From contig JBJKRI010000003.1 of the NCBI GenBank assembly GCA_046704725.1, forward strand, positions 93,758-157,757: a stretch of 64,000 nucleotides of DNA, given 5' to 3'. The stretch comes from Candidatus Woesearchaeota archaeon. GTDB lineage: Archaea > Nanobdellota > Nanobdellia > Woesearchaeales > SKIA01. This document shows, piece after piece, positions 49,661 to 59,962 of this stretch; positions within the stretch are counted from its first letter, which is position 1, and every line of letters starts with the position of its first letter. The translations under genes and the position numbers were made by a program. The notes below the pieces were generated by a model. The model worked only from the letters and a program-made list of their open reading frames with translations. It was not told the origin of the DNA and searched no databases.

Positions 49661-50587
49661 ATGCCTGATCTCGATATCATCATCATCGGCGGCGGTCCCG
49701 GCGGCCTCGCGGCAGCGCTGTACGCCAAGCGCTATGACATGCGCGTCAAGGTCATCATGGGGGAGCCCGGCGGATTGCTCACCACGACCCATATCGTGGA
49801 GAACTATCCCGGCATCCTGCCCATGTCTGGCCCGGACATGATGGACGTCTTCTTGGAGCAGATGAAGCGCTTCGAGGTGGATATGGCGACCGAGTGGGTC
49901 AAGACCATCAAGAAGACCGGCGACGGATTCGAGGTCTGCACGGACGAGAAGTGCCACACGTCCAAGTCAGTCATCCTGGCCACGGGCAGCAAGCACCGCG
50001 CGCTCGACGTCCCCGGTGAGAAGGAGTACCAGACCAAGGGCGTATCGTACTGCGCGACCTGCGACGGCTTCTTCTTCAGGGACCAGGTCATCACCGTCGT
50101 CGGTGGCGGCGACTCCGCGGCGAAAGAGGCTCTCCTGCTCGCGGACTACGGTTCTCACGTGTACGTCATCGCGCGCTCCACGCTCAAGGGAGAGCCCATC
50201 AACAACCGTCGCGTGCGCGAGCATCCGAAGATCACGGTCATCGAGGGGACTGTCGTCACCGAGGTCCATGGCGACGGCGAGAAGGTCACGAGCGTCACGC
50301 TCTCTAAGGAGTTCGAGGGATCCAAGATGCTCGAGACCGCGGGGCTGTTCATCGCTATCGGGCACCTTCCGCAGACCGAGCTCGCCAAGCAGCTCGACGT
50401 CAAGCTCAATGCGCGTGGGGAGATCGAGATTGACCGGACCTCCCGCACGTCCCTCTCGCTCTTCTACGCTGCGGGGGACTGCACCGACACTGTCTGGAAG
50501 CAGGCCATCATCAGTGCGGCGGAGGGCTCGCAGGCTGCCAACAGCGCTTACGAGGATATCACGAAACGTTCGGTCAAGCCGAAATAG
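49661..50587 (+). CDS. trxB: thioredoxin-disulfide reductase
   Basis: IIIGGGPGGLAAALYA FAD motif, CATCDGFFF redox-active CxxC, VVGGGDSAAKEAL NADPH motif. Confidence 0.85.
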   Translation: MPDLDIIIIGGGPGGLAAALYAKRYDMRVKVIMGEPGGLLTTTHIVENYPGILPMSGPDMMDVFLEQMKRFEVDMATEWVKTIKKTGDGFEVCTDEKCHTSKSVILATGSKHRALDVPGEKEYQTKGVSYCATCDGFFFRDQVITVVGGGDSAAKEALLLADYGSHVYVIARSTLKGEPINNRRVREHPKITVIEGTVVTEVHGDGEKVTSVTLSKEFEGSKMLETAGLFIAIGHLPQTELAKQLDVKLNARGEIEIDRTSRTSLSLFYAAGDCTDTVWKQAIISAAEGSQAANSAYEDITKRSVKPK

Positions 50588-50649
50588 GTCTGCCGTCACT
50601 GCGCAGAAGAGCAAAAGCTTTAAGACTCCTGCTTTCGGAATGCCCTGTA

Positions 50650-51201
50650 ATGGCGAGAATGCCTTCACGTTCGAACGTCTGGATTATCCTCGGTGTTGTG
50701 CTCGTTGTGCTCGCTGTGGTGTTGCTGGTGAATAATCTCGAATCTTCTACCTCCAGCACGGTGACGACCAGTCCGGATGGCACGCTCGCGGGCGGACAGC
50801 AGCAGACGACCCCATCACAATCACCGTCCGCCGCGACCGGCGCGGTCACGTACCAGATTGATGCGTCCGGCGTCAGCGACCTCGCGGGCGTGCAGCTCAC
50901 GCTCACTTATGATCCTTCTGTCGTGCAGTACGTGAACGCGACCCCCGGTCCCTTCCTCGGCACGGGCAAGGATATCTTCTACCCGACATCCACTATCCAG
51001 ACCGCTCCCGGGCTCGTGCGTGACCTCGTCCTCGTGCGGCTCGCCAAGCAGGGCGTCTCCGGTGGCGGGACGGTCTTCTACGTGCATTTCAAGCGCGTGT
51101 CCACGGGCGATCCGAACATCCATATCTCGGATGCCCTGGTCGCCAACTCTCAGGCGCAGAAGCTGCCTTCCGCGGATATCCGCGGGCAGCTCGTCGGCTG
51201 A
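50650..51201 (+). CDS. secreted cohesin-like domain protein
   Basis: signal/TM anchor, Ser/Thr linker, LTLTYDPSVVQYV..FYVHFKRVSTG beta-sandwich pattern. Confidence 0.4.
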   Translation: MARMPSRSNVWIILGVVLVVLAVVLLVNNLESSTSSTVTTSPDGTLAGGQQQTTPSQSPSAATGAVTYQIDASGVSDLAGVQLTLTYDPSVVQYVNATPGPFLGTGKDIFYPTSTIQTAPGLVRDLVLVRLAKQGVSGGGTVFYVHFKRVSTGDPNIHISDALVANSQAQKLPSADIRGQLVG

Positions 51202-51237
51202 GGATACCTTTAAAAAAGGCGCCCGATTCGCACCCCT

Positions 51238-51432
51238 ATGATCGTTCCGATACGCTGCATGAGCTGCGGAAAGCCCATCGCCCACCTCTGGGATGAGTTC
51301 AAGGAGCGTTCCAAGGCCCAGGACGCGGGTAAGGTGCTCGACGACCTCGGTCTGACGCGCTATTGCTGCAGGGCCCAGATGCTCGGTCACGTCGACCTCA
51401 TCGATACGGCCGCCCGCTTCAAGCGATTCTGA
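51238..51432 (+). CDS. rpoN: DNA-directed RNA polymerase subunit N (Rpo10)
   Basis: PIRCMSCGKPIAHLWDEF...RYCCR zinc-binding Rpb10 fold; TATA ctttaaaaaagg upstream. Confidence 0.8.
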   Translation: MIVPIRCMSCGKPIAHLWDEFKERSKAQDAGKVLDDLGLTRYCCRAQMLGHVDLIDTAARFKRF

Positions 51433-51466
51433 AAGCCTTATTAGGGAGGACTCTCCCGTACGGTGC

Positions 51467-51994
51467 ATGGAAGACGACGACGTGCGCAGGTTCCTCAAGA
51501 ACACCTTTCCAGAGCTGTTGCGGATCACCCGCGAATACATCAATGAGCTCGATGCGATGAAGGAGCTCTTGCCGGAGGGCCATGAGTCGCAGCTCGAGGA
51601 TGCGCCCAATGCGGTGGTCTTGTTCGCCCAGCATTGGGAGAACGCCCGGGAGCTCAGGGATTCCTTGCGATCAATGGGTGATCTCGATGGATTCTTCGAT
51701 GCCCTCGTGAAGAAATATCGCTACCTGACGCAGGGGACTCCCATGTTCGCGGCGTTCAAACTCCTTCGCGACAAGCAAGACGACAACGCAAAAAGGCTCT
51801 CCCTAATCGTTGATGGGTGGATCGAGACTGTCCGCGGTGGTGGGGTCATGGAGGTCCCGATTCCAGGAAACTGTAGGGAGGAACTCTCTCAGCTCCAAAA
51901 GATTGCGAATGCCTTTAACACGTCGCTGCACGCTTTCATGGATGACGTCATCTTTCGGCTGGCGAATCCTTCCAAGACCTTCGGCCCCGCATGA
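51467..51994 (+). CDS. hypothetical protein
   Basis: 175-aa ORF. Confidence 0.35.
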   Translation: MEDDDVRRFLKNTFPELLRITREYINELDAMKELLPEGHESQLEDAPNAVVLFAQHWENARELRDSLRSMGDLDGFFDALVKKYRYLTQGTPMFAAFKLLRDKQDDNAKRLSLIVDGWIETVRGGGVMEVPIPGNCREELSQLQKIANAFNTSLHAFMDDVIFRLANPSKTFGPA

Positions 51995-52050
51995 AATGAG
52001 CTTTGTTGTCGAACGCGATGTTTTTTAAGAGCGTTTCCTGTCCTCGCCGC

Positions 52051-55000
52051 ATGGATTTCGTCGCGATCGCCGCAAAATGGCAGGAACGCTGGGAAAAAGA
52101 CGCTATATTCGCCGCAAAAGAGGTTAAAGACGGCCTATACGTCCTGGAGATGTTCCCCTATCCCAGCGGGACCATGCACATGGGGCACGTGCGCAACTAC
52201 AGCATCGGCGACGCCCTGGCGCGCTTCCGCTGGATGCAAGGCCATAGCGTCCTGCATCCCATGGGCTTCGACAGCTTCGGCCTGCCCGCCGAGAACGCCG
52301 CCATCAAGCAGAAGGCGGACCCCCGCGCGTGGACCGAGAAGAACATCGCGCACATCACCGAGCAGTTCAAGCGCCTCGGATTGTCGTACGATTGGTCGCG
52401 CACGCTCGCGACCCACACGCCCGAGTACTATCGCTGGAACCAATGGCTCTTCCTCGCGTTCCTCGAGAGAGGCCTCGCCTACCGCAAGGAGGCTCCGGTC
52501 AATTGGTGTCCGAGCTGCCAGACCGTGCTCGCGAACGAGCAGGTCATCGACGGCAAGTGCTGGCGCTGTGGAAGCGAGGTGGAGACGCGCAATCTCAAGC
52601 AATGGTTCTTCCGCATCACGTCCTACGCCGAGGAGCTCCTCGCTGACCTCGGCACGCTCGGGGAGTGGCCCGAGCGCGTGCGCACCATGCAGCGCAATTG
52701 GATCGGCAAGTCCACCGGCGCGCGCGTGAGCTTTCCCGCCAAGGACGGCGCGGTCGAGGTGTTCACCACGCGTCCGGACACGTTGTATGGCGTGACCTAT
52801 CTTGTGCTCTCGCCCGAGCATCCGCTCGTCGCTCGCTTCACCGTCAAGCAGAAGGAGAATGAGGTGCAGGCCTACATCGCCGCCGCCAAGAAGAAGACTT
52901 CCATCGAGCGCACGGCGGAAGGAAAAGAGAAGACCGGTGTCTTCACGGGCGGCTCTGTCACGCACCCCCTCACCGGGAAGGAGATCCCTGTCTGGGTCGC
53001 TGATTACGTCCTGATGGATTACGGCACCGGAGCGGTGATGGGCGTTCCCGCGCACGACCAGCGCGACTACGACTTCGCCTCCAAGTACGGCATCCCCATC
53101 GTTCCCGTCGTGAAGCCCGAGGACGGCAAGATGCCGACGGACCGTGCCTTCGTCGCCGAGGGCACGCTCATCAACAGCGAGGATCTCGACGGCCTGTCCA
53201 CCGACAAGGCCATCGCCGCTGTCGCAAAGCGCTTGGCAAGCGACGGTCTCGGCCGGGCCGAGACCCAGTATCGCCTGCGCGACTGGCTGGTCAGCAGGCA
53301 GCGATACTGGGGAACGCCGATACCCATCGTCTACTGCGAGGAATGCGCGAAGCACGATGTCTTCATGTTCCACGGCTGGGAGGACGGCAAGGACGCCGGC
53401 TTCTTCCCTGCGATGCGCGAGCACCTCTCATCCCTCGGCCACCGGCCGCATGCGGAGAGCTTCCCGGGAACTGACGCACCTGATTTCGACGTCTGGTTCG
53501 AGAAAGCGGACGGCATGCTCGATGGGCATGATAGGCCGACCGTCATCGGGCATTCCATGGGCGGCCTGCTCTCCCTCAAGCTCGCCGAGAAGCATCCATT
53601 GCGGCGGCTCGTGCTCGTCGCTCCCGTCGGCCACCGGCCATCGGAGGCGTACTTCACGCAATACAAGGATAAGCTCTCCGAGGAGGACCTCGCTGTCTAT
53701 CGCGCCTATCAGGACCGCCCTTTGGACGTCGCTGCCATCAAGGGCAATGTGTCGGACATCACGTTCGTCTTCGGCGGCAAGGACCCTTGGATAACGACGG
53801 AGATCCGCGAGAAGTACCGTGCCGAGTTCGGCGATGTCGCGCATTTCATCGATCTGCCTTTTATGGGGCACATGTCCGAGAGCGAGGGCGTCAAGCGCGT
53901 GCCCGAGCTCGAGGCCTTGTTCGTGCAAGAGGCCGCCGCGGTCCCCGTCCCCGAGAAGGACCTGCCCATCCTGCTCCCGACGGACGTCTCGTTCTCCGGC
54001 GAGGGAAATCCCATCGCGACGAGCAAGAGCTTCGTCGAGACGACCTGCCCGAGGTGCGGCAAGCCCGCGCGACGCGAGACGGACACGATGGATACCTTCG
54101 TGGACAGCAGCTGGTACTACCTGCGCTATTGCGATCCGCACAACGGCGAGCGCATCTTCGATAATGATAAGGCGGACGCCTGGATGCCTGTCGACCAGTA
54201 CATCGGCGGCATCGAGCACGCCATCCTCCACCTGCTCTATAGCCGTTTCATCACCAAAGCGACGCGCGACATGGGACTGCATTCCGTGGACGAGCCGTTC
54301 GTGCGTCTCATGACGCAAGGCATGGTCCTCAAGGACGGCGAGAAGATGTCCAAGAGCGTCGGCAATGTCGTCGACCCCTTGCCGCTCATCGACAGGTACG
54401 GTCCGGATACCGTGCGTGCCTTCATCCTCTCTGCATCCTTGCCGGAGAAGGAGATGGAGTGGTCCGACGAGGGTGTCGCGGGTGCGCACCGCTGGCTGCG
54501 CCGCGTCGAGGCGCTCTTCGAGAAACAGCAAGAGCGTAGGGAGCGGACCAGTGCTGATGCGTACTTGCGTAGCGCGGTGCATCGCACCATCAAGGACGTG
54601 ACCGCGCAGTTCGAGGGCATGCGCTTCTCCCACGCGATCAATTCGCTCATGGAGCTCACCGGCGCCATGGCGCGCTACGCCAAGAACGGCGTCCATCCGG
54701 ACGTGTGGTCCGAGGCGACAGAGGCGCTGCTCAAGATGGTCGCTCCGATCGCGCCGCACCTGGCCGAGGAGATCTGGCACCGCAACCATGATGATTACAT
54801 CAGCCTCGCGTCATGGCCTGTCGCGGACGAGTCCGCCATCGACCGTGCGGCGGAGGCCGGAAGGGACCTTGCCGATCGCACGCGCGATGACCTGCGCGAA
54901 GTCCTCTCTATCGTCGACCTCTCGCCGAAAGAAGCGGTATTGTTCGTTCCCGCCGATTGGAAGTACGCTTTCGTCTCCGCGCTCAAGGACGCATTGGAGG

Positions 55001-55281
55001 GGTCTTCTGATGCCGGAGCGATCCTCAAGGAGCTGATGAAGACCGATCTCAAGCGCCACGGGAAGGAGATCTCTAGGCTCGTCCCGCGCTTCGTCAAGGA
55101 CCGCTCCAAGCTTCCCGCGCACCTGCTCTCTAGGGAGGAGGAGGCGGGCGCCTTGTCGGAGGCGGCTTCCGCATTGGGCACGGAGTTCGGCCTGAAAGTG
55201 ACGGTGTTGGCGGAAGAGAAGGCGAAGGACGCGAAGGCTTCGCAGGCCTTGCCTGGCAAGCCTGCCATACTTCTACGATGA
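52051..55281 (+). CDS. leuS: leucyl-tRNA synthetase (bacterial type) with inserted alpha/beta-hydrolase domain
   Basis: [41 protein letters not shown]1 editing region; ~195-aa YdeN/RBBP9-like serine hydrolase module (FMFHGW...GHSMGG...) between CEEC and CPRCG zinc-knuckle halves; TATA ttttttaaga 21 nt upstream of [10 protein letters not shown] start. Confidence 0.9.
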   Translation: MDFVAIAAKWQERWEKDAIFAAKEVKDGLYVLEMFPYPSGTMHMGHVRNYSIGDALARFRWMQGHSVLHPMGFDSFGLPAENAAIKQKADPRAWTEKNIAHITEQFKRLGLSYDWSRTLATHTPEYYRWNQWLFLAFLERGLAYRKEAPVNWCPSCQTVLANEQVIDGKCWRCGSEVETRNLKQWFFRITSYAEELLADLGTLGEWPERVRTMQRNWIGKSTGARVSFPAKDGAVEVFTTRPDTLYGVTYLVLSPEHPLVARFTVKQKENEVQAYIAAAKKKTSIERTAEGKEKTGVFTGGSVTHPLTGKEIPVWVADYVLMDYGTGAVMGVPAHDQRDYDFASKYGIPIVPVVKPEDGKMPTDRAFVAEGTLINSEDLDGLSTDKAIAAVAKRLASDGLGRAETQYRLRDWLVSRQRYWGTPIPIVYCEECAKHDVFMFHGWEDGKDAGFFPAMREHLSSLGHRPHAESFPGTDAPDFDVWFEKADGMLDGHDRPTVIGHSMGGLLSLKLAEKHPLRRLVLVAPVGHRPSEAYFTQYKDKLSEEDLAVYRAYQDRPLDVAAIKGNVSDITFVFGGKDPWITTEIREKYRAEFGDVAHFIDLPFMGHMSESEGVKRVPELEALFVQEAAAVPVPEKDLPILLPTDVSFSGEGNPIATSKSFVETTCPRCGKPARRETDTMDTFVDSSWYYLRYCDPHNGERIFDNDKADAWMPVDQYIGGIEHAILHLLYSRFITKATRDMGLHSVDEPFVRLMTQGMVLKDGEKMSKSVGNVVDPLPLIDRYGPDTVRAFILSASLPEKEMEWSDEGVAGAHRWLRRVEALFEKQQERRERTSADAYLRSAVHRTIKDVTAQFEGMRFSHAINSLMELTGAMARYAKNGVHPDVWSEATEALLKMVAPIAPHLAEEIWHRNHDDYISLASWPVADESAIDRAAEAGRDLADRTRDDLREVLSIVDLSPKEAVLFVPADWKYAFVSALKDALEGSSDAGAILKELMKTDLKRHGKEISRLVPRFVKDRSKLPAHLLSREEEAGALSEAASALGTEFGLKVTVLAEEKAKDAKASQALPGKPAILLR

Positions 55282-55928
55282 TATCCGTCCGGCCGTACAA
55301 GGATTCCGACCGTTCCGCCGTGCGACGCATCCACTTCGATACCTGGCTTGTCGGAAGGTCGTTGCGTATGGTCGGCGCGAGCCGGGAGCGCGTCGACGCG
55401 TTCATCAACCCGTACATCACGCGTTGGAAAGAGCATGCTTTTGTCGCCGTGGACGGAAAGCGTGTGGTCGGCTACGTCGTCGGAGCGTTTCCCGGGGAGG
55501 AGCAGGGCAACAACGACCATGTCAGGATCGTCTTGCGCAATGTGCTGTCCTGGCCCGTCCTCTCGAAGGGCGACAGGCGTTTCTGGGGCTGGCAGCTACG
55601 CATCATGCTGTACCTGATGACGCACCCCGGAACGGACGTCCTTGCTGTCAAACCACCGAGGGACGCCGCTCACCTGCACGTCAATCTCGCGAAGGACGCG
55701 CGCGGCAAAGGTATCGGTAAGAAACTGCTCGAGACGTTCTTTTCGCATCTGCGAAAGAACAGTATCAAGAAGGTCTTCGCACAGAGCTGGGGCACGCGCA
55801 TCAATGACACGAGTGGTTTCTGGCGCAAGATGGGCTTTCGCTTGGCAGCGCATGCGAAGACGCGCTTCTGGAAGGAGTATTTCCCCGAAGAGAGTGTTGA
55901 ACTGACGATGTGGGTGAAGAAGCCATAG
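55278..55928 (+). CDS. GNAT family N-acetyltransferase
   Basis: [14 protein letters not shown] motif A. Confidence 0.6.
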   Translation: MISVRPYKDSDRSAVRRIHFDTWLVGRSLRMVGASRERVDAFINPYITRWKEHAFVAVDGKRVVGYVVGAFPGEEQGNNDHVRIVLRNVLSWPVLSKGDRRFWGWQLRIMLYLMTHPGTDVLAVKPPRDAAHLHVNLAKDARGKGIGKKLLETFFSHLRKNSIKKVFAQSWGTRINDTSGFWRKMGFRLAAHAKTRFWKEYFPEESVELTMWVKKP

Positions 55929-55935
55929 AGAATTT

Positions 55936-56391
55936 CTACGCGGACTTTGCACGTTGCCGGTATGCTGCTGCGGTGACCGGCTGGATATGTGCTTCTTCGA
56001 GTTGCTCGACCACCTCTGCGAGCTGGCTCTCTATCCATCGTTTCCCGCTCCCGAGCATGCCTGTCTCTGTCCCCATCAGTTCGGTCTCTGATCGATAGAC
56101 GCTCCGCGTGAATGCTCCTTCCTTGAAATGCTGCCATTTGTCTCCTCGTGGCAGTGACCCGTCGTGCACGAGTGCGATGGACACCTGCAACAGCCCGTAA
56201 CTCTTTCCTTTCGTTGTTCCGGCCGGGTTGTATGTGCGCAGATGGGCCCAGAGGACGAACGGATCCTCTCGGGCGAGCTTCGTCAATCCGCTCTTCCCCC
56301 AGCTCTGACGGCCTGACAATCCCGGAATCGGTCTGTCGGCGGATTTCACCAGATAATGATGTTGTGGTGCCACTTCGGGCGGGATGTGCAT
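55936..56391 (-). CDS. hypothetical protein
   Basis: 151-aa ORF; TATA gggaatatatacc ~25 nt upstream. Confidence 0.35.
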   Translation of the reverse strand: MHIPPEVAPQHHYLVKSADRPIPGLSGRQSWGKSGLTKLAREDPFVLWAHLRTYNPAGTTKGKSYGLLQVSIALVHDGSLPRGDKWQHFKEGAFTRSVYRSETELMGTETGMLGSGKRWIESQLAEVVEQLEEAHIQPVTAAAYRQRAKSA

Positions 56392-56429
56392 GGCGCTGTA
56401 GAGCAGAGGGGGTATATATTCCCTACGTT

Positions 56430-56710
56430 AGAGGGACGAGAATGCGTGCCCGGGGGTGGACCGCGCCGGCATGCGCAGCTGACCCTGCGGGTCCCTCCCC
56501 CACGCGACCCGCGATACAGGCGTGCGGGCGCTGAGGTCTGCTCCATTCCTGGCCTGAACCGGTTCACGCCAACGCACCTCACCGAGGACGTGGGATCGAC
56601 GGTCGCCGCAGGACTGCGCGTGACGGGTATAGCCGCCCCCCGGGCTTCGGCCCCGGATGAGGACGGTTCTCCGGTGACAGGGCACGCCCGGCGCCCCAGC
56701 CTAGCAGGGG
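56430..56710 (-). ncRNA. ffs: signal recognition particle RNA (7S/SRP RNA)
   Basis: ORF-free ~72% GC block; minus-strand TATA catttataagtg (56725-56736) ~25 nt upstream; 5' region GCCCUGUCACCGGAGAACCG matches archaeal Alu-domain CUGUAACCGGAAACC; helix-8-like CAGGCCAGGAAUGGAGCAGACC matches conserved CAGGUCCGGAAGGAAGCAGC; long 5'/3' terminal complementarity. Confidence 0.55.
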
Positions 56711-56741
56711 GAAGAACGGCCTGTCACTTATAAATGCGGCG

Positions 56742-57722
56742 CTATGGCAGCACGCCCGTCACGATCACGTTGCGCGTGTACAGGTCTCCTGTATCCCCCT
56801 GGATGACGCAGACGTTCTCTGTCGTGTTGCGGATGATGAGGTTCTGCGAGCCTGAGAGCGGTATCTGGTTGGCCTCCTCGTGCGGTGTGCCTTCCAGGTA
56901 GAGGTCTCCCGTGTCCGTGATCCACGCGGTATCGCCATTCGCGGTGTGCACGGTGAAAGCGTTGCCCGGCGCGGGTCCCGTGGCGTTGACGTGGATGTCT
57001 CCCGCGAGCAATACGCGCCCGTGCTTGTCGAAGAGCGCGACCAGTCGCCCGTTGTGGTCGGTGATATTCAGGTGTCCGGTCTGCGAGATGCAGTAGCCGA
57101 CGTGGCACATGTCTCCCGCTGCGCAGTCGCTGTCGACGTGGCAGTCGCTCGGGATGTTCACGTGCTGGTACGCGCCGGCGGTGTTGTTGATGGTCGTGTT
57201 GATGGTCCCGTTCGTGGGGGTCTGGGGCGTGTTGATGAGCTGCGGCGAGACGTAGTGGATGCTGGAGAGGGTGAAGTTGCCTCCGGTCACGCTGACCTGC
57301 AGGTAGAACGGCCCTTCCATCGTCTGGTTGCAGGTCTGGTCGCACTCCTGATCGAGGATGTGCGTGTACGTCAGGTTCGTCCCGGTGCCCAGCCGCACGA
57401 CCGTCCCGCCCTTGTTGAGCAGGAAGCTCGCGTTGCTCGGCGTCGCGGGAGCGGTGTAGCTCGCAACGTGCCACGAGCCGTTCGGCCCGACGAGCTGGAC
57501 ATTCACGCTGCCGCTTCCCGTGTAGCGTCCGTCGAGCGTGAGGCTGGTCAACTGGTTCGGCAGTGTCAACGGCACGACTCCAGAACCCGTCAGGTTGATG
57601 TTGAGGTTCTGCGTCTGCTCACCGACCGCGACCGAGAAGCCGCTGATGCCGGTGTTCGCGAACAATGCGAATGTCGCGACGATGCCGAGGAGGAATCCGG
57701 AGAGGATGAGCTTCTGGTTCAT
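56742..57722 (-). CDS. secreted Thr/Asn-rich beta-rich surface protein
   Basis: N-terminal TM/signal, many NxT/S sequons, Cys-rich segment; ATGA-coupled to upstream tail-fibre-like gene. Confidence 0.45.
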   Translation of the reverse strand: MNQKLILSGFLLGIVATFALFANTGISGFSVAVGEQTQNLNINLTGSGVVPLTLPNQLTSLTLDGRYTGSGSVNVQLVGPNGSWHVASYTAPATPSNASFLLNKGGTVVRLGTGTNLTYTHILDQECDQTCNQTMEGPFYLQVSVTGGNFTLSSIHYVSPQLINTPQTPTNGTINTTINNTAGAYQHVNIPSDCHVDSDCAAGDMCHVGYCISQTGHLNITDHNGRLVALFDKHGRVLLAGDIHVNATGPAPGNAFTVHTANGDTAWITDTGDLYLEGTPHEEANQIPLSGSQNLIIRNTTENVCVIQGDTGDLYTRNVIVTGVLP

Positions 57723-59683
57723 TGCAATGTCACCACCAGTCCTTGCGCGGAGTTCGTCACCGTGCCTCCGCTGAGCTGCACGGGCGCGTTGTAGTATTCC
57801 GGCTGGATGAGTACCTCGATGGTCGAGTCGCTCGTCGCTGGTTGCAATGCACGTCCGATCACTTCACCGCTCGCTGTCGCTTTGGCGCCCACGCCCGGCG
57901 TGGAGGAGATGCCGATGCGGTCGCCGATGCTGATGTTACCATTCACTGTGGAGACGCGCATATAAGCCTTTCCGGTCGTCGCGACCGGGTAGCCGCCGCT
58001 CTGCGCGGGTCCTGTCACGATGCCGATGATCGGGTCGTCGGTGTTGTTGGCCTTGACGACGTCGCCGGCGTTCGTGGTGTCGAGCGCGACCAGGTCGCCT
58101 CCCGAGAGCAGTTCTGTGGAGTTGTACAGGTCCGTCGCGGACGCGACGCCGATCGGCTTGCCTTTCTGGAGGCTGTCGATCTCGGCCTGCTGTTGCTGCA
58201 ATGCCTTCACGATGGTCGGCACCATCGCCGTGTAGCTCACTGCCAGGTGGCCGTCGGGGGATGTCGCGACCGCTTCTGGTATCGTCGTTTGCACGTTCTG
58301 CGCGAGGAAGCCGTGCTGCACGCCTGCCTTGGGGCGGTCCTTCCAGCTGAAGTCCACCACGTTGAGCCCCTGGATGCGGGTGAGCCCGTTGATTCCTGAG
58401 TTCTGTATGCCGGTCTTGAGGCGCTGGTCGCTTACTGTATAGAGCTGGAATGTGCCGTTGTTGGCGATGTAGCCGACCTGCGTCCCGTTCGCTGTCAGCG
58501 CGTTGAGATAGTACGTCGTTCCGCTGCCGTTGTATGCTCCTGCGCTGATCTGTATGCCGTAGCGGTTGCTGTTGTTGCCGTCGTTCTTGAAGTACGCGGC
58601 GTATCCGCTCGGCGCGTTCACGTTCACGCTGATGTTGCCGCGCGTGAACAAGGCACCGTTATGCTCGATGTAGAAGCTCGTGTCCCTGTTGCTGCTGTTG
58701 GTTCCGTTGCCGATGATGAATGCCTGGTCGCCCGCGACGTAGCTGTTCCCGGTTCCCTGCAGCGTGTTGTATCGTCCGATGACCGCCTGCGCGTAGCCCT
58801 GTGCTGTCAAGCCGAGGCCTCCTGGCACCGAGCTGTAGTATCCGCTTGCCGTGTTGGCGTTCCCGCCGAGTATCGTGCCGTAGTATCCGCTTGCCGTGTT
58901 CCCGGAACCGCCGCCGACGAAAGCGTCCTGTCCGGCGGTGTTGCCTGACCCGCCTGCGACGACTGCGTAATCATTGTTCGCCAGGTTCTGGTTCCCACCG
59001 CCGATGAACGTCTCGTAGCCGGTCGCATTGTTCTTGTTGCCTCCCGCGACGGTGCTTGTCACGCCGCTCGCGATGTTCTGGCTGCCTCCGCCGATCGATG
59101 CTCCGGCATTGCTCGCGGTGTTCTGGTATCCCCCGCTGACTGTGCTCTGCGCGGCGCTCGCGGTGTTGCGCATGCCGCCGCCCACGACGCTCTGGTTGCC
59201 GCTCGCTACTTGTGTGGCGCCGTTCCGGTCGGTCTGCAGGTCCACCGCGTTGGCTCCGCGAGCGTTGCCGCCGCTGCTGACGATGCTGCCGTTTATCGTG
59301 AGCACGCCGTTCACGAACAGTGCTGTGGTGGGGCTCGAGGTGTTGATGCCGACAAAGCTGTTCGTGTTGTCCACGAAGAACGCTCCCGCGCTCAGGTTGT
59401 TCGCGCTGCTAACGAGACTGACCAGCGCGCTCGTGTTCGTCCAGCCGCCTCCCGAGCCGCCGCCGCTCGGCCAGGTCGTCTGGCAGGACCCTGCCAGGCA
59501 GATCCGTGTGGTCGCATTGAGGGTGCCGTCGATGGTCACATTGCTCGGGAAGATGAAGTTGCCCGCGGCGAACGTCCCGCCGCCGATCTCGCTCGCGCTG
59601 TGCCCGGGGTTCGGCGTGTACGCCATGGCGAGCGGCAAGAGCAGCAATACCAGGAGGATGAGTGGTTTACGCATGCTTCTCAC
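57719..59683 (-). CDS. tail-fibre-like surface protein with internal peptidase S74 intramolecular chaperone domain
   Basis: signal peptide; GNTASG/GGNQN pentapeptide-like repeats; SDQRLKTGIQ...GLNVVDFSWKD...HGFLAQNVQTTIPEAV...YTAMVPTIVKALQQQQAEIDSLQ matches S74 (SDxRxK autocleavage and helical tail); ~145 aa extra after chaperone. Confidence 0.65.
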   Translation of the reverse strand: MRSMRKPLILLVLLLLPLAMAYTPNPGHSASEIGGGTFAAGNFIFPSNVTIDGTLNATTRICLAGSCQTTWPSGGGSGGGWTNTSALVSLVSSANNLSAGAFFVDNTNSFVGINTSSPTTALFVNGVLTINGSIVSSGGNARGANAVDLQTDRNGATQVASGNQSVVGGGMRNTASAAQSTVSGGYQNTASNAGASIGGGSQNIASGVTSTVAGGNKNNATGYETFIGGGNQNLANNDYAVVAGGSGNTAGQDAFVGGGSGNTASGYYGTILGGNANTASGYYSSVPGGLGLTAQGYAQAVIGRYNTLQGTGNSYVAGDQAFIIGNGTNSSNRDTSFYIEHNGALFTRGNISVNVNAPSGYAAYFKNDGNNSNRYGIQISAGAYNGSGTTYYLNALTANGTQVGYIANNGTFQLYTVSDQRLKTGIQNSGINGLTRIQGLNVVDFSWKDRPKAGVQHGFLAQNVQTTIPEAVATSPDGHLAVSYTAMVPTIVKALQQQQAEIDSLQKGKPIGVASATDLYNSTELLSGGDLVALDTTNAGDVVKANNTDDPIIGIVTGPAQSGGYPVATTGKAYMRVSTVNGNISIGDRIGISSTPGVGAKATASGEVIGRALQPATSDSTIEVLIQPEYYNAPVQLSGGTVTNSAQGLVVTLQ

Positions 59684-59962
59684 CTCCCTTGTCCGGCGTG
59701 ATGACGCGCAAGAAGACGTTCCCTTCGAGGTCCTCGACGAAGCGGAATTCCGTGCCGGGTTCCCATCCCTTGTCCCGCACGAGGTCTACTGGGATCGTCA
59801 GTTTGTACTGCCCATTATTCTCGACGAGCTTGACCACGGGACAGCAGTACTTAATAAATACTGCTTTTATACTTTTCTATGGATGAATAAATACTGAAAT
59901 AGTACTGGAACTGATCGTTCAATAGATTTATGTATCGTCATATCCGCTGGATGGACGGGAGG

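Noticed and set aside
53350-53935. Intein in LeuRS
   Set aside because: No Cys/Ser at +1, no terminal His-Asn or downstream Cys/Ser/Thr, and the inserted sequence has alpha/beta-hydrolase (GHSMGG) rather than Hint/endonuclease motifs.
52135-54789. 429-aa and 453-aa minus ORFs inside leuS
   Set aside because: Antisense to continuous, motif-rich LeuRS frame.
56400-56740. Protein-coding ORFs 56356..56733 and 56428..56685
   Set aside because: Very high GC, no start context, better explained as structured SRP RNA on the minus strand.
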